A DNA stretch of 64,000 nucleotides, from the NCBI GenBank assembly GCA_043824255.1, contig JBDRTG010000043.1, positions 68,472-132,471 on the forward strand, read 5' to 3'. Below are positions 62,701 through 64,000 of the stretch, piece after piece (positions within the stretch are counted from its first letter, which is position 1; each line of letters opens with the position of its first letter). A program made the position numbers and the translations under genes. The notes below the pieces were generated by a model. It was not told where the DNA came from. It ran no database searches and worked only from the letters and a program-made list of their open reading frames with translations. The stretch comes from a bacterium. Its GTDB lineage: Bacteria; JAHJDO01.

Positions 62701-63810
62701 TATGGCAATCAAACTGCTATCCATTCCTGGTGTAGTAGTAAAAGAGACCCATGGCTGGAAATTGCGCTTGATCAGGGATTTGATGTTATAGTAGACAGCG
62801 GCCACACCAAGTGTTTTGAATCGATTGCCCGTAATAACCCTGACGCTACAGCAATCAACTTTGATGGTAAAACCATCCCATATTTTAAGATAAAGCCTGT
62901 ATATATAATCGGGAAAGGGCGTAATGAGGTAAAAAAACATATAGCAGAATTCTTTAAATGGACAAAATGTAATACTCTTGATTTAGATTATGAATATCCA
63001 CCCTTTGTTGTTTGTGACACTTCAGAGGTAACACGTAAAGATTTCGCTGCATATGCGAAACTTAATAATATTCCGTCAAAAGAGGAGATTAAAAAACAAT
63101 ATCGTGAAGAGTGGATTGATTACAAGGCCTATACCTGGGCAGAAGTAGTAAAGGTATTCAGCGAAGCGGTGAAATCAGTGAATCCTGAAGCAAAAATGAG
63201 TGTTTACAGCGGCTATCAGGGACAGAAGGCCCATGGTTGCGCCGACTGGAACTATCTTGTAAAAACTATTGATATTGCAGAGGCGGGTTACGGTCGACCT
63301 CTTGAAAAAATAAAAAAGACAGTGGAGATATTAGGTGACATTCCCCTAACGGCCGGGATTTGTTATTTCAGAAACTGGCAGCCTCCGGAAAAGTACAAAA
63401 GCCTGAAAAACAAAATCCTGAGAAGATTTACTGATGGCGCACATGGATTTCTGCTATATACCTGGGAGTTACTTGAGGGCAGAGCTTACCATAAAATCAA
63501 TGAGGCTGTTACTATTCTTGCAGACTTCGAGGAATTTTTCATTAATAATAGAAAAAAACAGATAGATACATTCCAGGTCAAAGGTGATATTAAAAGGGAA
63601 GATGTAGTATTGATAGAAGGTAAAAATGAATATCTAATGCTTGTGTACAATGATAACAACAGTCAAAAATCTGGTGAAGTTCTTTTACCAGAGACAATAT
63701 CAGGCATGGTTGTAAAGGATTATCCTGAGGGGAACAAAATTGGAAAAGCTCATTCAATTAAAATAACGATCAAGCCGTATGATGTAAAGGTCATATTGAT
63801 ACAACAATAA
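59737..63810 (+). CDS. Paralogue of 55627-59685
   Basis: Same architecture over the full length; shared EGLHIAKG, IYHTWT, YGNQTAIHS, AEFFKWT, LEGRAY. Confidence 0.75.
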   Translation: MSILQKIRRTNSKKHLSCIILIWIFSLVVLSNVYSQKKDKGKNWVINPGFEDGGNGWTLKEAEVISDEPFSGKNCVIIRGGDNNHAYQDIDVVPGKTYYFRCMVRTAKGKDVKWLAVVSEYQPKLTWLTTRSGQRQLVKWIETEAVTFIPKTNKIRVALFNYKGEGDVYYDEIYLSLDPPAELASSFSLPKGISQNLITNPSFEKPARVKENAAEWPDYYWGYTRSKEKSFRTESSGPWSCKITEPGKEEKGHTGGTTTVIRTGLPHQGSFTAVSRIYIDSYTQGKIYSTRLAIQYSDKTRKELSEFLSDKQIKENLHKWKTYTYSFSTDPDKKIEYIVFCCFVSIKTDLKRFKGTIYFDELELYETVPQVCISKTNSAPHIDGKLNDACWDKASALSEFSLTHNAGLAVNKTKAYLLYDENNLYIATQCYEKALDPIFQQTHLFRTEVKDRDGSLWNDDCIEIFIDPKGNGAYYHFIFNALGTRYDAFRSDKSWNGNWKVATSVETRSWKAEVSVPLSELGIKIGNNTRFRFNICREEKPLKENSAWSPMRHDFHEFARFGNAVLYDGYAPQIQAKNLEECLTEDIKNITFDINNKHKTEASLTFRLDSAQAIQGGELFTSIEKCSIPEGSKKIVEVPLLFKKTGAYYVSYSIFDTGTEKLLYQSPKYFTVKEEPIRASFETDFSGNVQLWVNNKPVTDTNFRFQPGINVIALKCRKEEGSTKGVLGKINIHANKNLPAQTIQLDNCWKVCSAKELNWTAQNFDDSKCSFATTLADGSIWGKDSNTQELCLRRLIVVGMSEFAIVDVSEGLHIAKGSAQHAFLIVRSPMKYPLKRQSVVIQTPSEIQLEGIIGEKKTVHQSIGKLTNVTVNSVDMNGEKFTSYRFLFENVQPFEEYRRSTHLLTLAFKLSRETSAKKVNLLYRMSGEEENRNITELWNYLPVICLPALTNKRPKKLKTEIYHTWTCQFNDTEIKAMLDTFRQAGFNAYGNQTAIHSWCSSKRDPWLEIALDQGFDVIVDSGHTKCFESIARNNPDATAINFDGKTIPYFKIKPVYIIGKGRNEVKKHIAEFFKWTKCNTLDLDYEYPPFVVCDTSEVTRKDFAAYAKLNNIPSKEEIKKQYREEWIDYKAYTWAEVVKVFSEAVKSVNPEAKMSVYSGYQGQKAHGCADWNYLVKTIDIAEAGYGRPLEKIKKTVEILGDIPLTAGICYFRNWQPPEKYKSLKNKILRRFTDGAHGFLLYTWELLEGRAYHKINEAVTILADFEEFFINNRKKQIDTFQVKGDIKREDVVLIEGKNEYLMLVYNDNNSQKSGEVLLPETISGMVVKDYPEGNKIGKAHSIKITIKPYDVKVILIQQ

Positions 63811-63839
63811 CATAAGAGGGAAAGAGGGAGGATTAGGAA

Positions 63840-64000
63840 ATGTTAGATAAAAGAAGGAAAATTTGGGGAAAGAACGGATTTACCCTTATAGAGCTTTTGG
63901 TCGTAATAGCCATCATAGCCCTGCTTGCATCAATGCTTTTGCCTGCACTTGTAAAAGCAAGGGAGATGGGGAGGAGGACAAAATGCGTGAGTAATCTGAG
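63840..64000 (+). CDS. Prepilin-type N-terminal cleavage/methylation protein (DUF1559-like), partial; not in the ORF track
   Basis: [61 protein letters not shown] runs off the window edge. Confidence 0.92.
   Translation, partial: MLDKRRKIWGKNGFTLIELLVVIAIIALLASMLLPALVKAREMGRRTKCVSNL

Noticed and set aside
1265..62940. Numerous 60-190 aa ORFs antisense to or nested in long genes (e.g. 35972-36553, 42582-43127, 28553-29017)
   Set aside because: They are shadows of well-supported genes and show no recognisable motifs.

Overview
Bacterial chromosomal window, mostly AT-rich, from a diderm organism (Tol proteins, secretin). The pseudopilin/CBM-hydrolase locus suggests a PVC-superphylum-like lineage, but this is inference only. 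Left to right: end of an arabinose operon (araB, araD); a canonical CIRCE-controlled hrcA-grpE-dnaK-dnaJ operon; a ~5 kb decayed accessory island (RhuM/Fic gene in direct repeats, REP/IS200-like hairpins, gene fragments, small membrane proteins, one attC-like site); gltX, an orphan secretin, an M28/DUF4910-AAC(3) fusion and ruvB; gdhA followed by a tight carB-purF-DUF1846-purL-hisF operon; a minus-strand envelope/transport block (FAD oxidoreductase, PII-like, CPA2 antiporter, NTase pair, PTS IIA, M16 peptidase, Dac, tolQRAB with two heptamer-repeat elements); and a >23 kb glycan-utilisation locus of large secreted CBM/hydrolase proteins, an AraR-like regulator and a prepilin-type gene. The top candidate for a new system is the carB-purF-DUF1846-purL-hisF operon. 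It collects the ammonia-accepting synthase halves of four different glutamine amidotransferases, has none of their glutaminase partners, and glutaminase-related residues are altered in PurF and HisF. No rRNA, tRNA or CRISPR array was seen. All family assignments come from motif recognition, not database searches.
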